Source: an uncultured Gemmatimonadales bacterium
GTDB taxonomy: Bacteria > Gemmatimonadota > Gemmatimonadetes > Gemmatimonadales > Gemmatimonadaceae
Direction of reading: 5' to 3'
Assembly: GCA_963793305.1 (NCBI GenBank)
Contig: CAWBZV010000003.1
Location: 1,408,001-1,472,000 of the forward strand
Length of the DNA stretch: 64,000 nucleotides
The position numbers and the translations under genes were made by a program. How positions within the stretch are numbered: the first letter of the stretch is position 1; every line of letters starts with the position of its first letter. Positions 50,123 through 60,186 of this stretch are shown one piece after another. The notes under the pieces are model-generated. The model was not told the origin of the DNA and ran no database searches. It saw only the letters and a program-made list of their open reading frames with translations.

Positions 50123-51848
50123 GCAGGGCCACGGTGGGAAGCCGGCGCTTCCAGTGCGTGCCGGAGAGTCGCTTGTACACGAGATCGACTTCCTCAGGGA
50201 CAAACCCCCGCGTCGTGAGCTCGGCCGGCGAGTAGCCCGCGAGCAGCCAATTCAAGATCGCGTCGGCCTTGCCGTAGCTGATCCCGAAATCCGCTTCGTC
50301 CGTCTGCCCACGAATGAGATCGGCCGACGCCGGCTTGTGCACAATGACGTCCGGGACGCCGAGATGCCTCGCCAGCGCCCACACCTGAGTCTTGAAGAGA
50401 TCCCCGAGCGGATTGATCGGCGGGGAGTCGTCCGCGTGCCAGGTGAAGTAGCCGAATAACCGCTCGGTCTTGTTGCCCGTCCCCAACGGCAACGCATCAT
50501 ACCGCGCCGAGAGATCGAACAACACGATCATGCGCTGGCGTGCCATGACGTTGCCACGTCGCGCCGGATCGGCATCGGGCTCAGACTGCAGGTACCCGTC
50601 CACGGCCGGCGAGATGTCGACCGTTCTCGACTCGATCCCGAGCGCGTCGACCACGAGCTCGGCGTGTGCCAGGCTCTCGGGGTTCGACGTGCGATACGGC
50701 ATGCGGACGGCGATGACGTTCTCGGGGCCCAATGCTTTCGCCGCCAGGAACGCGGTGACCGCGGAATCGACGCCACCAGAGAGCCCGATGACGGCCTTCT
50801 CGAATCCCCTTCGCTCCAGCTCGTCGCGAATAAACGTCGTGAGCCAGCGCTCGACGAGCGGTGCATCGATCGCCAGTGGTGGCGGCCCGCCACTGGGTCG
50901 ACAGGCGTTGCCCTGCGTTTCCGTGGGCGCGGGATCATATGACACTGCCGCCCGTGCGCCGCCCACTCGTGCCAGCGCATCGCGCAAATAGGGGAGGCCA
51001 GTGCGCAGATCCGCGAGCAGTGGCGCATCAGCGCGGGCGCGAGCGATATCCGCCAGATCGATCGTCTGCGCGATCAGCGCCGGCTGAAACAACGGCGCCC
51101 GCGCGCGGACATCGCCCGCCGGGCCAACGATCAGTGAGTCGCCGATGAACGCCTTTCCCCCCTCCATGCCGACGAGGTTCGTGTAGAGCACATACATGCC
51201 ATGCTCCTCGGCCGTCCCCCGCACCAGCCGCTCCCATCTCGACACCGTGGCAGGTCCCGGGACCCCGTCCTCGCGCGGCCAGATCCCGCGGGCCGGCGCG
51301 GCGGAGGGAACGAAGAGAATCTGCGCACCATCGAGCGCCTCGATCGTCGCCGGAAGGCCGTGCCAGAGGTCCTCGCACACCAGTATTCCCGCCCGACCCC
51401 ATGGCGTGTCGAACGCGCGAATATCGTGACCGCGCTCGACAAATCGCTCCTCATCAAATAGCCCGTACGTGGGCAAAAACGTTTTGCGATGCACGTGACG
51501 AATGGTCGGCCCATCGGGACCCAGCGTCACGTACATCGCGCTGTTGTAGAGAATGCCTTGCCACCGCTCGTAGAATCCGAGCACGACATCCAACGGCAAC
51601 GTCGACGCCGCGGCGGTGTAGATGCGCTGGAGGTCGGCGGCAAGGGCGCCGGCCGTGAGCGCGACCTCTTCCGTGCCTCCTTCGAGGAAGTACCCGGTGA
51701 GTGCCGTCTCCGGCAGGTGCAAAACCTGCGGGCGCGGCGTCATCCGGTCGACGCGCTCGAACAGCGCCCCAAGTTGCTGGAGATTGAGCGCGTAGTCAGC
51801 TTTGCGGGGCGAGATCTGTCCGATGGCGACGTTGAGATACGGCGGCAT
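50073..51848 (-). CDS. nadE: Glutamine-dependent NAD+ synthase (nitrilase + NadE)
   Basis: LPE, HRKTFLPTYGLFDE, VCEDLW; GLSGGVDS, TGNKTE, GDLFKTQV. Confidence 0.93.
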   Translation of the reverse strand: MPPYLNVAIGQISPRKADYALNLQQLGALFERVDRMTPRPQVLHLPETALTGYFLEGGTEEVALTAGALAADLQRIYTAAASTLPLDVVLGFYERWQGILYNSAMYVTLGPDGPTIRHVHRKTFLPTYGLFDEERFVERGHDIRAFDTPWGRAGILVCEDLWHGLPATIEALDGAQILFVPSAAPARGIWPREDGVPGPATVSRWERLVRGTAEEHGMYVLYTNLVGMEGGKAFIGDSLIVGPAGDVRARAPLFQPALIAQTIDLADIARARADAPLLADLRTGLPYLRDALARVGGARAAVSYDPAPTETQGNACRPSGGPPPLAIDAPLVERWLTTFIRDELERRGFEKAVIGLSGGVDSAVTAFLAAKALGPENVIAVRMPYRTSNPESLAHAELVVDALGIESRTVDISPAVDGYLQSEPDADPARRGNVMARQRMIVLFDLSARYDALPLGTGNKTERLFGYFTWHADDSPPINPLGDLFKTQVWALARHLGVPDVIVHKPASADLIRGQTDEADFGISYGKADAILNWLLAGYSPAELTTRGFVPEEVDLVYKRLSGTHWKRRLPTVALLSQSGIGESYLRPVDY

Positions 51849-51857
51849 ACTCTAAAT

Positions 51858-53819
51858 ATGCACTTGATCTGCGCGCTCTGGCTCCTGGTACAACCCCCGT
51901 CGCAGCCCTGGCAGATCATCGACGCGCCGCAGTCGTCGGTGGTCTACGCCAAGGACGGGACGGTGATTGGCGAGCTGGGGCGCCAAATCCGTACGAGCGT
52001 GCCACTTGGTTCGCTCCCGGCGTATGTGCCCGAGGCGTTCATCGCCGTCGAGGATCGCCGGTTCTATCACCACGACGGCGTGGATGTCGTCGGGATTTTT
52101 GGCGTCCTCAAAGACGCGCTCAAGGGCCACGCTCGCGGCGGCAGCACGATTACCATGCAGCTCGTCGGGAACATGCACCCCAACGTCGTCAGCCGCCGCG
52201 ACAAGAGCATCGACCGGAAGCTCCGCGAGCAGGACGCCGCCCGCGAGATGGAGCGCCACTACTCAAAAAAGCAGATCCTGGAAGCGTATCTCAACCAGAT
52301 CGAGCTCGGGCACGGCTGGTACGGGATCGACGCAGCGGCTCGCCACTACTTCGGTACGGACGCCGCGCATTTGACGCTCTCGCAGGCTGCCACGCTCGCC
52401 GCCCTCCCACGCAGCCCGCCGTACTACGACCCCATCCGCCACCCGGACCGTGCAACGGCCCGCCGTGATCTCGTGCTCCGACTCATGGCCGACCAGGACA
52501 TGATCTCGCGCGCTGTGGCGGATCGGGCGAAGCGAGATTCGTTGATCGTGAGTCCCGAAGTCCACGGGTTGGCGCCGTACTTCGTCGATGCCGTTCGCGC
52601 GGACGCCGAGCACGCGGGCATTCCCGTCGACAGCGGCGGCTATCGGCTCTACACGACCCTCGACGCGACCCTCCAGCGGGCCGCGATCACCGCGGTCCGC
52701 GATGGCGCCAAGGCAGTCGAAGGCCGGCCTGGCTACACGAATCCGACATACGGCGGCGCATCGAAAGACTATTTGCAGGGCCTTTTGATCTCGCTCGACC
52801 CCGCAACCGGCGAGGTGCGTGCGCTGGTCGGCGGCCGCGATTATCAAGATTCTCCATACGACCGCGCGCTCTCGGCCCTTCGCCAACCCGGATCGGCATT
52901 CAAGCCAATTGTCTACGCCGCCGCCATTGCCGACAGCATCGCGGCGAACACGATCGTGTATGACACGGCGATAGCGATCCCGCTCGATGACGGGAGCGTC
53001 TACAAGCCCGAAGACTCGGACCACCAGTTTTTGGGACCACTCACGTTGCGCGAAGCGTTGACCAGATCGCGCAACACCGTCGCCGTACAGTTGGGTCTCG
53101 CCGTCGGGATCGACACGGTGATCGCGCTGGCGCAGCGCTTAGGCATCACGACGCCGATCGCCCCCTTTCCTGCCTCGGCGATCGGTGCGTCGGAGGTCCG
53201 TCCGATCGAGCTCGTGACGGCCTATGCGCCGTTCGCGAACGGCGGCACGGCGATCCAGCCGCGTACGATCCTGCACGTCGACGACCGCTCCGGTCGCCTC
53301 GTATGGGCTGGCCAGGGCGGCCCCACGGTGCCCGCGCTCGACTCGAACGTCGCCTACATCGTGCGGGACATGATGCGAGATGTGATCGACCGCGGCACGG
53401 CCATGGGCGTCCGCAAGCTGATCGGCGCCACGCTCCCGGCGGCGGGCAAGACTGGCACGACGAATGACGACACCGACGTCTGGTTTATCGGCATGACGCC
53501 GGATCTCGTCACGGGCGTGTGGCTCGGGTTCGACCATCCGCGCCCGATCGCCGCCGGCGCCGCGGGCGGTTCGCTCGCCGCGCCGATCTGGGCGCACCTC
53601 ATGGCCCAGTACTATGCCGCCGGTGCCGGACATCAGCCGGTCGAGTGGACACCGCCAGCGACGTTGATCACCGCGGCGTTGGACCGTCGTACCGGCACCC
53701 TCGCCGATTCGACAACGCCACCGGACCAACGGTACACCGAGTACTTCCTGTCCGGCACTGAGCCACAGGCGCTGCGATTCGACATCACCAGCATTTTCAG
53801 CGGCGGCCCTATTCAGTAA
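51858..53819 (+). CDS. Class A penicillin-binding protein (PBP1A family)
   Basis: EDRRFYHHDG, GGSTITMQL, RKLRE; SAFK, SRN, KTG. Confidence 0.93.
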   Translation: MHLICALWLLVQPPSQPWQIIDAPQSSVVYAKDGTVIGELGRQIRTSVPLGSLPAYVPEAFIAVEDRRFYHHDGVDVVGIFGVLKDALKGHARGGSTITMQLVGNMHPNVVSRRDKSIDRKLREQDAAREMERHYSKKQILEAYLNQIELGHGWYGIDAAARHYFGTDAAHLTLSQAATLAALPRSPPYYDPIRHPDRATARRDLVLRLMADQDMISRAVADRAKRDSLIVSPEVHGLAPYFVDAVRADAEHAGIPVDSGGYRLYTTLDATLQRAAITAVRDGAKAVEGRPGYTNPTYGGASKDYLQGLLISLDPATGEVRALVGGRDYQDSPYDRALSALRQPGSAFKPIVYAAAIADSIAANTIVYDTAIAIPLDDGSVYKPEDSDHQFLGPLTLREALTRSRNTVAVQLGLAVGIDTVIALAQRLGITTPIAPFPASAIGASEVRPIELVTAYAPFANGGTAIQPRTILHVDDRSGRLVWAGQGGPTVPALDSNVAYIVRDMMRDVIDRGTAMGVRKLIGATLPAAGKTGTTNDDTDVWFIGMTPDLVTGVWLGFDHPRPIAAGAAGGSLAAPIWAHLMAQYYAAGAGHQPVEWTPPATLITAALDRRTGTLADSTTPPDQRYTEYFLSGTEPQALRFDITSIFSGGPIQ

Positions 53820-53821
53820 GA

Positions 53822-53892
53822 ACGGTCAGTGACTGATGAGCCACTGACCGTCCGGGTGTCACGCGCTGCGTCGACGAGCGGCGGAGCCGCTC
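53822..53892. terminator. Two hairpins between convergent PBP and lon
   Basis: ACGGTCAGTG-N10-CACTGACCGT and GAGCGGC-GGA-GCCGCTC; no U-tracts. Confidence 0.4.
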
Positions 53893-56473
53893 AGCCAGCG
53901 ATGGCGGCTTCCTCTTCAGCCTCTTCCATCTCGGTCTTCCGCGTGCTGACCGGCTTGGTCGCCGGCAGCAACGCCACCGCGAAGACCTCGTCGAGCGTCT
54001 CGACCGGATAGAACGTGAGCACATTCCGGACTTCCTCCGGGATGTCCTCCATGTCCGCCTCGTTCGCCTTCGGCAGCACTATCACTCCAATGCCGGCCCG
54101 ATGGGCGCCGAGCACTTTCTCCTTCAGCCCACCGATCGGCAGCACGCGCCCACGCAGCGTGATCTCACCCGTCATCGCGACATCCCTTCTTACCGGTCTT
54201 CCAGACATCGCACTGACCAGTGCCGTCGCCATGGTGACGCCGGCCGACGGTCCGTCCTTTGGAATGGCACCCGCTGGCACGTGGACGTGGACCTCCATCG
54301 AGCCAAGCCGCTCCTCGGGAATCTGAAGTCTCGAAGCATGAGTCGCGGCGTAGGTGAGTGCCGCTCGAGCAGATTCTTTCATCACGTCGCCGAGCTGCCC
54401 CGTCAAGATCAACGAGACATTCCCGCCGCCGCTCACCTGGACCTTCTCGTCGTCGGTTCTCGGCGCCGATCCAAGCCGGCGAATGGCGGCTTCGACGAAC
54501 ATGATGTCGCCACCCATCGGGGTATAGAACATCCCCGTGGCGACGCCCACTTCGTTCTGCTCGTTCGCCCGTTCCGGGTGAACGCGTGGACGGCCGAGTA
54601 GCTCGCGCACGTCATCCGCGGTGATCTGCAGATCATCCGTGCCTCCACTCGCCAGCCGTCGCGCGATCTTGCGCGCCACCGCGCCGATCTGCCGCTCGAG
54701 CTGCCGGACCCCAGCTTCCCGAGTGTACTCGGATACGATGCGCATGACGGCCTCGTCATCGAACTTGACCGTACGCCCACCGGCGTTGAGCCCCGACTCC
54801 TCCAGCTGTCTCGGAATCAAGTACTTCTTGGCGATCTCCGCCTTCTCTCTCTCGGTATAGCCCGCGAAGTCGACGACTTCCATACGGTCGAGCAGCGGAC
54901 CGGGGATGTTCTGGATGAAGTTCGCCGTCGCGATGAACAACACCTCGCTCAAGTCGAACGGGATGCCGAGATAGTGATCCGTGAACGTGTCGTTCTGAGC
55001 CGGATCGAGCACCTCGAGCAACGCCGACGCTGGATCGCCCTGATACGACGTTCCCAGCTTGTCGACCTCGTCGAGCAAGAACACGGGGTTCTTCGTGCCC
55101 GCCTGCTTCATCCCCTGGATGATCCGGCCGGGCATGGCGCCGACGTACGTGCGACGGTGGCCACGAATGTCAGCCTCGTCACGCGTGCCGCCGAGCGAAA
55201 CGCGAACGTATTCGCGACCGAGCGACCGGGCGATCGATTTCGCGATCGAGGTCTTGCCGACGCCTGGCGGACCGACGAACAAAAGGATCGGGCCCTTGGC
55301 CATCGCGCGCGCCTTCGCCTCTTTCGTGTCGGAGATCCGACGATCATCGTCGTCACCCGACCTGAGCGCCGGCGTCGCGTCCTCTTTCCGTGCCTTGAGC
55401 TTGGCCGCGGGGACCTCGCCCGTCGTCTCGACTTCGTCGGCCAGTTGCTGCGCTCTCAGCTGGCGCACCGCCAAGAACTCCAAGACGCGATCCTTCACGT
55501 CCTTGAGCCCGTAGTGGTCCTCGTCCAGCACCGACTCGGCCCGGCCGAGCTCCAACTTGTCGTCAGATCGCGTATTCCACGGCAGCTCAGCGATCCATTC
55601 CAGATAGGTTCGGATCACCTGCGCTTCCATGGACTCGCGCCCCGCGCGCTCCAAGCGACCGAGCTCGCGCTCGACCTCGGCCCGCGCCTCTTTCGGCAGC
55701 TCCAGCTTGTTCAGCTTATCCCGCAGGTCATTGATCTCGCGCGCGGAGTCGTCGTCGCCAAGCTCCTTTTGGATCGCTTTCATCTGCTCGCGCAGATACA
55801 TCTCGCGCTGGCGCTCGCCCAACTCCTCCTGGACTTGCGACTTGATCTCTTCCTGCGCCTCGAGCAGCCCGATTTGCCGCTGCACGGCCACGAGCACGCG
55901 GCGGAGGCGCTCTTCGACGCTCAACGTTTCGAGCAAGCCCTGTTTCTCGGCGACACTGAGCTCGATATAGCCCGCGACCAAGTCGGCGAACTTGCCCGGC
56001 TCGGTGACCGAGTCCAGAACTTGATGGACGACCTCTTCGGGCAGTCCCCGACGCTCGCCGAGCTCGGCGGCCCGTTCCCGTATTTCCTTATGCAGGGCTT
56101 CGAACGCCGCGTCGTGCTCATTGATCGGCGTCATTTCCTCGACCGGGATCACAACCGCGGCGAGATAATTGTCGATGGTTTGGTATTGGAGGGCGGTCGC
56201 TCGCTGCTCCCCCTGCAAGAGCAGTTGCACGCCCCCGAGCCCCCGCTGAATCTGTCCGATGCGGGCAATGACGCCCATCGTATACAGAATCTCCGGTGCC
56301 GGCTCGTCGGTGTTATCGCGCTGCGCGACCGCGAATACAAGCCGGTCGCCCTTGAGCGCCGCCTCGATCGCGCGCAGCGTGCCCGGTCGTCCCGCCGCTA
56401 TCGGCTGGGTCAGGCCGGGAAAAATCACCGTTCCGCGGAGAGGCAGAACGGGGAGTGTCTGACGTGTTGCCAT
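53891..56473 (-). CDS. lon: ATP-dependent protease La
   Basis: LPVLPLR, GPPGVGKTS, GHRRTYVGA, PKDGPSAG, IGGLKEK. Confidence 0.97.
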   Translation of the reverse strand: MATRQTLPVLPLRGTVIFPGLTQPIAAGRPGTLRAIEAALKGDRLVFAVAQRDNTDEPAPEILYTMGVIARIGQIQRGLGGVQLLLQGEQRATALQYQTIDNYLAAVVIPVEEMTPINEHDAAFEALHKEIRERAAELGERRGLPEEVVHQVLDSVTEPGKFADLVAGYIELSVAEKQGLLETLSVEERLRRVLVAVQRQIGLLEAQEEIKSQVQEELGERQREMYLREQMKAIQKELGDDDSAREINDLRDKLNKLELPKEARAEVERELGRLERAGRESMEAQVIRTYLEWIAELPWNTRSDDKLELGRAESVLDEDHYGLKDVKDRVLEFLAVRQLRAQQLADEVETTGEVPAAKLKARKEDATPALRSGDDDDRRISDTKEAKARAMAKGPILLFVGPPGVGKTSIAKSIARSLGREYVRVSLGGTRDEADIRGHRRTYVGAMPGRIIQGMKQAGTKNPVFLLDEVDKLGTSYQGDPASALLEVLDPAQNDTFTDHYLGIPFDLSEVLFIATANFIQNIPGPLLDRMEVVDFAGYTEREKAEIAKKYLIPRQLEESGLNAGGRTVKFDDEAVMRIVSEYTREAGVRQLERQIGAVARKIARRLASGGTDDLQITADDVRELLGRPRVHPERANEQNEVGVATGMFYTPMGGDIMFVEAAIRRLGSAPRTDDEKVQVSGGGNVSLILTGQLGDVMKESARAALTYAATHASRLQIPEERLGSMEVHVHVPAGAIPKDGPSAGVTMATALVSAMSGRPVRRDVAMTGEITLRGRVLPIGGLKEKVLGAHRAGIGVIVLPKANEADMEDIPEEVRNVLTFYPVETLDEVFAVALLPATKPVSTRKTEMEEAEEEAAIAG

Positions 56474-56710
56474 TGAAACTCCAGCTCTAGTTGGTGCCGT
56501 TATTCTCCCCATACGGGGATCGGCATACCATCCGCACAATCGGTGCTATCCGAGTTACGCCAAGCAGGCGGGAATCGCAACACGCCTCCGCCTTCGTGAC
56601 ACTTCCCCCCACTTACCCCTGCCGCAGTGACTGGTTCGCGCTCCTTACCTTGACACGGCTGAGCGCGTCTCCTTTCGGGCAGTACGCATTGGTGCTACAC
56701 TAGGAAGGCT

Positions 56711-58825
56711 GTGCCACCAAACACTTCAGAATCCGCCGACCAGGAACTGCAAGCCCGTGTCGCCAATGTCCTTGCCCCGGCGTACGTCGTCGAGCGCGAG
56801 GTCGGGCGCGGTGGCATGGGTATCGTCTACCGCGCGAAAGATGTTCGGCTGAAACGCGTGGTGGCGGTGAAGCTGCTCCCGCCAGAGCTGGCATACCGGA
56901 CCGAGATCCGGACGCGGTTCCTCCAGGAAGCGGAAACAGCTGCCCAGCTGTCGCACCCGAACATCGTTCCCATCTATACGGTCGATGAGCGCGACGGCCT
57001 CGTGTACTTCGTCATGGCCTTCGTGGACGGCGACAATCTCGGCACCAAGCTCCGGGCAACGGGGCCCATGCCGGCCGAGCCCACCAAGCGCGTCCTCAAG
57101 GAAGTCGCCCAAGCACTCGCCTTCGCCCACGCTCGCGGCGTCATCCACCGCGATATCAAGCCCGACAACATTCTGTTGGACGCCGGCGACGGGCGGGCGC
57201 TCGTCACGGACTTCGGTATCGCGCGGGCCGTCGACGAAACAACCGGCACCCGTCTCACGGCGACCGGTGTCGCGATCGGCACCCCGGCCTACATGTCGCC
57301 CGAGCAGTGCGCTGGCGATCGCGCGATCGACGGCCGGAGCGATCTCTACGCGCTGGGCGTCGTCGGCTATCAAATGCTCTCCGGCGCGCCGCCGTTTACC
57401 GGGTCCAGCACCCCGGCGCTTCTCGTCAAGCAGATCTCGGAAGCGCCAGTCCCGCTCCGCGATCGTCGCGCGGATGTGCCCGAGCAGCTCGCTCGGGTCA
57501 TCATGAAGCTCTTGGCGAAGGCGCCGCAGGACCGCTTCGCGGATGCGACCGCGTTGGTGGCCGCTCTCGATGGCGCACCGGTCGCCGATCCGATGCCGTC
57601 GCGGGCCAGCGCGCCGAGCGGCCCACCATCTCTCGTGGCGCCACCGCCGTCCTTTCAGGCACCTGTCGCCATGCCGGCGCCGTCGCCGGCCTACGTCAGT
57701 GCGTTCACGCAGGAAGAGCTCGCGCGGTGGTCGGCCGCGCCGGTGAACAAGTTCCGGCGCCGTTTGAAGACGTACACGATCATCAACGCGGTGATCATCG
57801 TGTTGGCGATCGTGAGCGACTCCGATCTCTTCGGCATCACCGCGTTCTGGTCGGTGCTCATGGCCTACTGGTACGCCAAGCTCTGGGCCGACGGATTCGA
57901 CTGGCACGACGTGTTCAAGCAGCCGCGAGATCGGTTGTTCTTCGACGTGGCGGCCGAAGCCATCGACGGCACCAAGGCGATGTTCGACAAGAACAAACGG
58001 GCCGAGCTCCGCGAGAAGGCGCGGCAGACGCGGCTTTCGACGCCGGACGCGGTCCCGTACGCGCTCGTCCCGCCCGCGCCACGATCGGGGCGGCCGCCGA
58101 TGCCGCGACCCGCGCCTGAGCCGATCGATCCCGAGCTCGAGTCCTCGCGCCGCGCTGCCCGCGAGGAACGGCGGTCCGAGCGCCGCGATCAGCGCTCTGG
58201 CCGCTCGCGGCCAGTCATGACAGCACCTCCCTCGCCACTGCCCGGCCAAACGGGGGCTGTCCCTGTTGACGTCGTCTCGAAAGAGGCGGCGGCACTGGTC
58301 CCGCATGACGTGCTATTCGGTCCGCACGGGCAGAACGTGTTGCGTGCGGTCAAAGACCGTATCGCTGTCAAAGAGATCTTCGATAAACTCGGCCCTGCCG
58401 ACCGCGCGCTCTTGCCCGACGTCGTCCAGACGGTCGGCCATCTCGTCGAGCGCATCGCGTCGCTGGCCAGCGCGCTCCAACGCCTGGACGGTGACGTGCA
58501 CCCGGATGCATTGCCGGCGCTCGACAAGCGCATCGCCGACTGCGAGGCTGAACCCGAGTCGCCTGAGCGCGAGCGCAAGCTGGCGCTGCTCAAGCGGCAG
58601 CGCGCGACGCTCGGTGATCTCGCCGACCGCCGGTCCGCGCTCTATGCGCAGTTCGAGAACGCGGGAATCGTCCTGCAGAACATTCGCTTCGACCTCCTCA
58701 AGCTCCGCTCGGCCGGCGTGCAGTCGGCGATCGACGACGTCACCAGCGCGACCCAGGAGGCTCGGGCGCTCTCCCGCGAAATCGGCAACGTGCTCAACGT
58801 TGCGCAGGAGCTGAAGGCGATTTAG
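56711..58825 (+). CDS. Hanks-type Ser/Thr protein kinase with 2 TM helices and helical C-terminal domain
   Basis: GRGGMG, VAVK, HRDIKPDN, DFG, YMSPEQ, SDLYALG. Confidence 0.93.
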   Translation: MPPNTSESADQELQARVANVLAPAYVVEREVGRGGMGIVYRAKDVRLKRVVAVKLLPPELAYRTEIRTRFLQEAETAAQLSHPNIVPIYTVDERDGLVYFVMAFVDGDNLGTKLRATGPMPAEPTKRVLKEVAQALAFAHARGVIHRDIKPDNILLDAGDGRALVTDFGIARAVDETTGTRLTATGVAIGTPAYMSPEQCAGDRAIDGRSDLYALGVVGYQMLSGAPPFTGSSTPALLVKQISEAPVPLRDRRADVPEQLARVIMKLLAKAPQDRFADATALVAALDGAPVADPMPSRASAPSGPPSLVAPPPSFQAPVAMPAPSPAYVSAFTQEELARWSAAPVNKFRRRLKTYTIINAVIIVLAIVSDSDLFGITAFWSVLMAYWYAKLWADGFDWHDVFKQPRDRLFFDVAAEAIDGTKAMFDKNKRAELREKARQTRLSTPDAVPYALVPPAPRSGRPPMPRPAPEPIDPELESSRRAAREERRSERRDQRSGRSRPVMTAPPSPLPGQTGAVPVDVVSKEAAALVPHDVLFGPHGQNVLRAVKDRIAVKEIFDKLGPADRALLPDVVQTVGHLVERIASLASALQRLDGDVHPDALPALDKRIADCEAEPESPERERKLALLKRQRATLGDLADRRSALYAQFENAGIVLQNIRFDLLKLRSAGVQSAIDDVTSATQEARALSREIGNVLNVAQELKAI

Positions 58826-58828
58826 GCG

Positions 58829-60022
58829 GTGCTGGTTCCCCTTCTTTTCGCGCTACAGGTCAGCGTCATCGTGCCGAAGGCGCCGCTCGTCGCGACGCCG
58901 CCGATCGTGCGCGGGCTGTACGTGAACCGCTGGGCGGCACTCGGCAAGAAGATGTGGGAGCTGATCGGCGTCGCCGAGCACACCGAAATCAACGCGCTCG
59001 TCATCGACGTCAAGGACGATCGCGGATTCGTGCTCTATCGGAGCCGGGTAGCGCTCGCCCATGCGATTGGGGCGGACACGATGCGTCCCATGACCGCGGC
59101 CCACGTCCGCGCCGTGCTCGACACGATGCGCACGCACGGCATCTACCCGATCGCCCGGATCGTCGTCGCGAAAGATCCGCTATTAGCCGAGGCGCACCCG
59201 GAGTGGGCGATCCGCTCCCGGGCCGATACGAGCCGGGCGTGGCGGGACAAGCAGGGTCGCGCCTGGCTCGACGCGCACCAATGGCCGATCTGGCAATACG
59301 CGGCCGACCTCGCGCGCGAAGCCGTCGATCTCGGGTTCAGCGAGATCCAATTTGATTACGTCCGCTTCCCTGACGACAAGCACCTGATGCGCGAAGCGGC
59401 GTTCCCCCTCGCCAACGGCCGTCTTCGCGCCCAAGTCATTCGTGAACAACTCGGCCGCGTCCATACCCTCCTCGCCCCGCTGAGCGTACCGATCACTGCC
59501 GACGTTTTCGGCCTGACGGCCACGGACACGACGGACATGGGCATCGGCCAGCGCTGGGAGATGTTCGCCGACCAGGTCGACGTCGTCCTGCCGATGAGCT
59601 ATCCGTCGCACTACGCGCCGGGCACCTACGGCTTCTCGGTACCCAACGCGCATCCCTACGCCGTCATCGACCACACGCTCAAAGACGCGAAGCGTCGATC
59701 GGCGGCGCTCACCCGCCCGGTGGTCGTGCGGCCATGGTATCAAGACTTCACGCTGGGGCCGCCGCACTACGGAGCGACTCAGGTCCGCGATCAGATCAAG
59801 GCCGGCTACGACAACGGCATCGAGTCTTGGATTCTGTGGAACCCGGGCAGCCGGTACTCGACCGATGCCCTCGGCGATTACAACGAGTCGAGACGTTCCT
59901 CGAGCTCAGCGGCCATCCCGGCGTGCCCAAACCGCTGCGCGGACTCAATGCCTTTGCGCAGCGCCACTCGCGCCTCGTCAGTGCGCCCGAGCGATTCGAG
60001 CGCCGCCGCGAGCCGCCCGTAG
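58829..60022 (+). CDS. Putative glycoside hydrolase (DUF4015-like)
   Basis: NALVIDVKDDRG, EIQFDYVRFP, ADVFG, PMSYPSHY, RPWYQDF, WILWNP. Confidence 0.82.
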   Translation: MLVPLLFALQVSVIVPKAPLVATPPIVRGLYVNRWAALGKKMWELIGVAEHTEINALVIDVKDDRGFVLYRSRVALAHAIGADTMRPMTAAHVRAVLDTMRTHGIYPIARIVVAKDPLLAEAHPEWAIRSRADTSRAWRDKQGRAWLDAHQWPIWQYAADLAREAVDLGFSEIQFDYVRFPDDKHLMREAAFPLANGRLRAQVIREQLGRVHTLLAPLSVPITADVFGLTATDTTDMGIGQRWEMFADQVDVVLPMSYPSHYAPGTYGFSVPNAHPYAVIDHTLKDAKRRSAALTRPVVVRPWYQDFTLGPPHYGATQVRDQIKAGYDNGIESWILWNPGSRYSTDALGDYNESRRSSSSAAIPACPNRCADSMPLRSATRASSVRPSDSSAAASRP

Positions 60023-60186
60023 CCGTTGCCCTCGTCGTCGGATCCGGCGAGGTACGTCTCGAGGTGCGCCCGGGCCTCGTCCCACAGGCCTTCTTTCAGC
60101 GCCTCGTTCGCCAGGCCATAGTGCGCAAGAAGATTCGCGGGATCCTTCGCGACCATCTTTCGAAAGACGTCGATACGAGAGCTCAT
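59878..60186 (-). CDS. Small TPR-like protein
   Basis: DPANLLAHYGLANE..YGRLA..GRTDEAR. Confidence 0.8.
   Translation of the reverse strand: MSSRIDVFRKMVAKDPANLLAHYGLANEALKEGLWDEARAHLETYLAGSDDEGNGYGRLAAALESLGRTDEARVALRKGIESAQRFGHAGMAAELEERLDSL

Noticed and set aside
53822..53851. CTGATGAG, a hammerhead ribozyme core-like sequence
   Set aside because: It sits in the loop of a simple hairpin; no GAAA core partner or three-stem junction
56533..56548. Sigma54- or CIRCE-like TAGCAC..GTGC upstream of lon (similar at 13593-13607)
   Set aside because: Lacks the invariant GG at -24 and the second CIRCE arm
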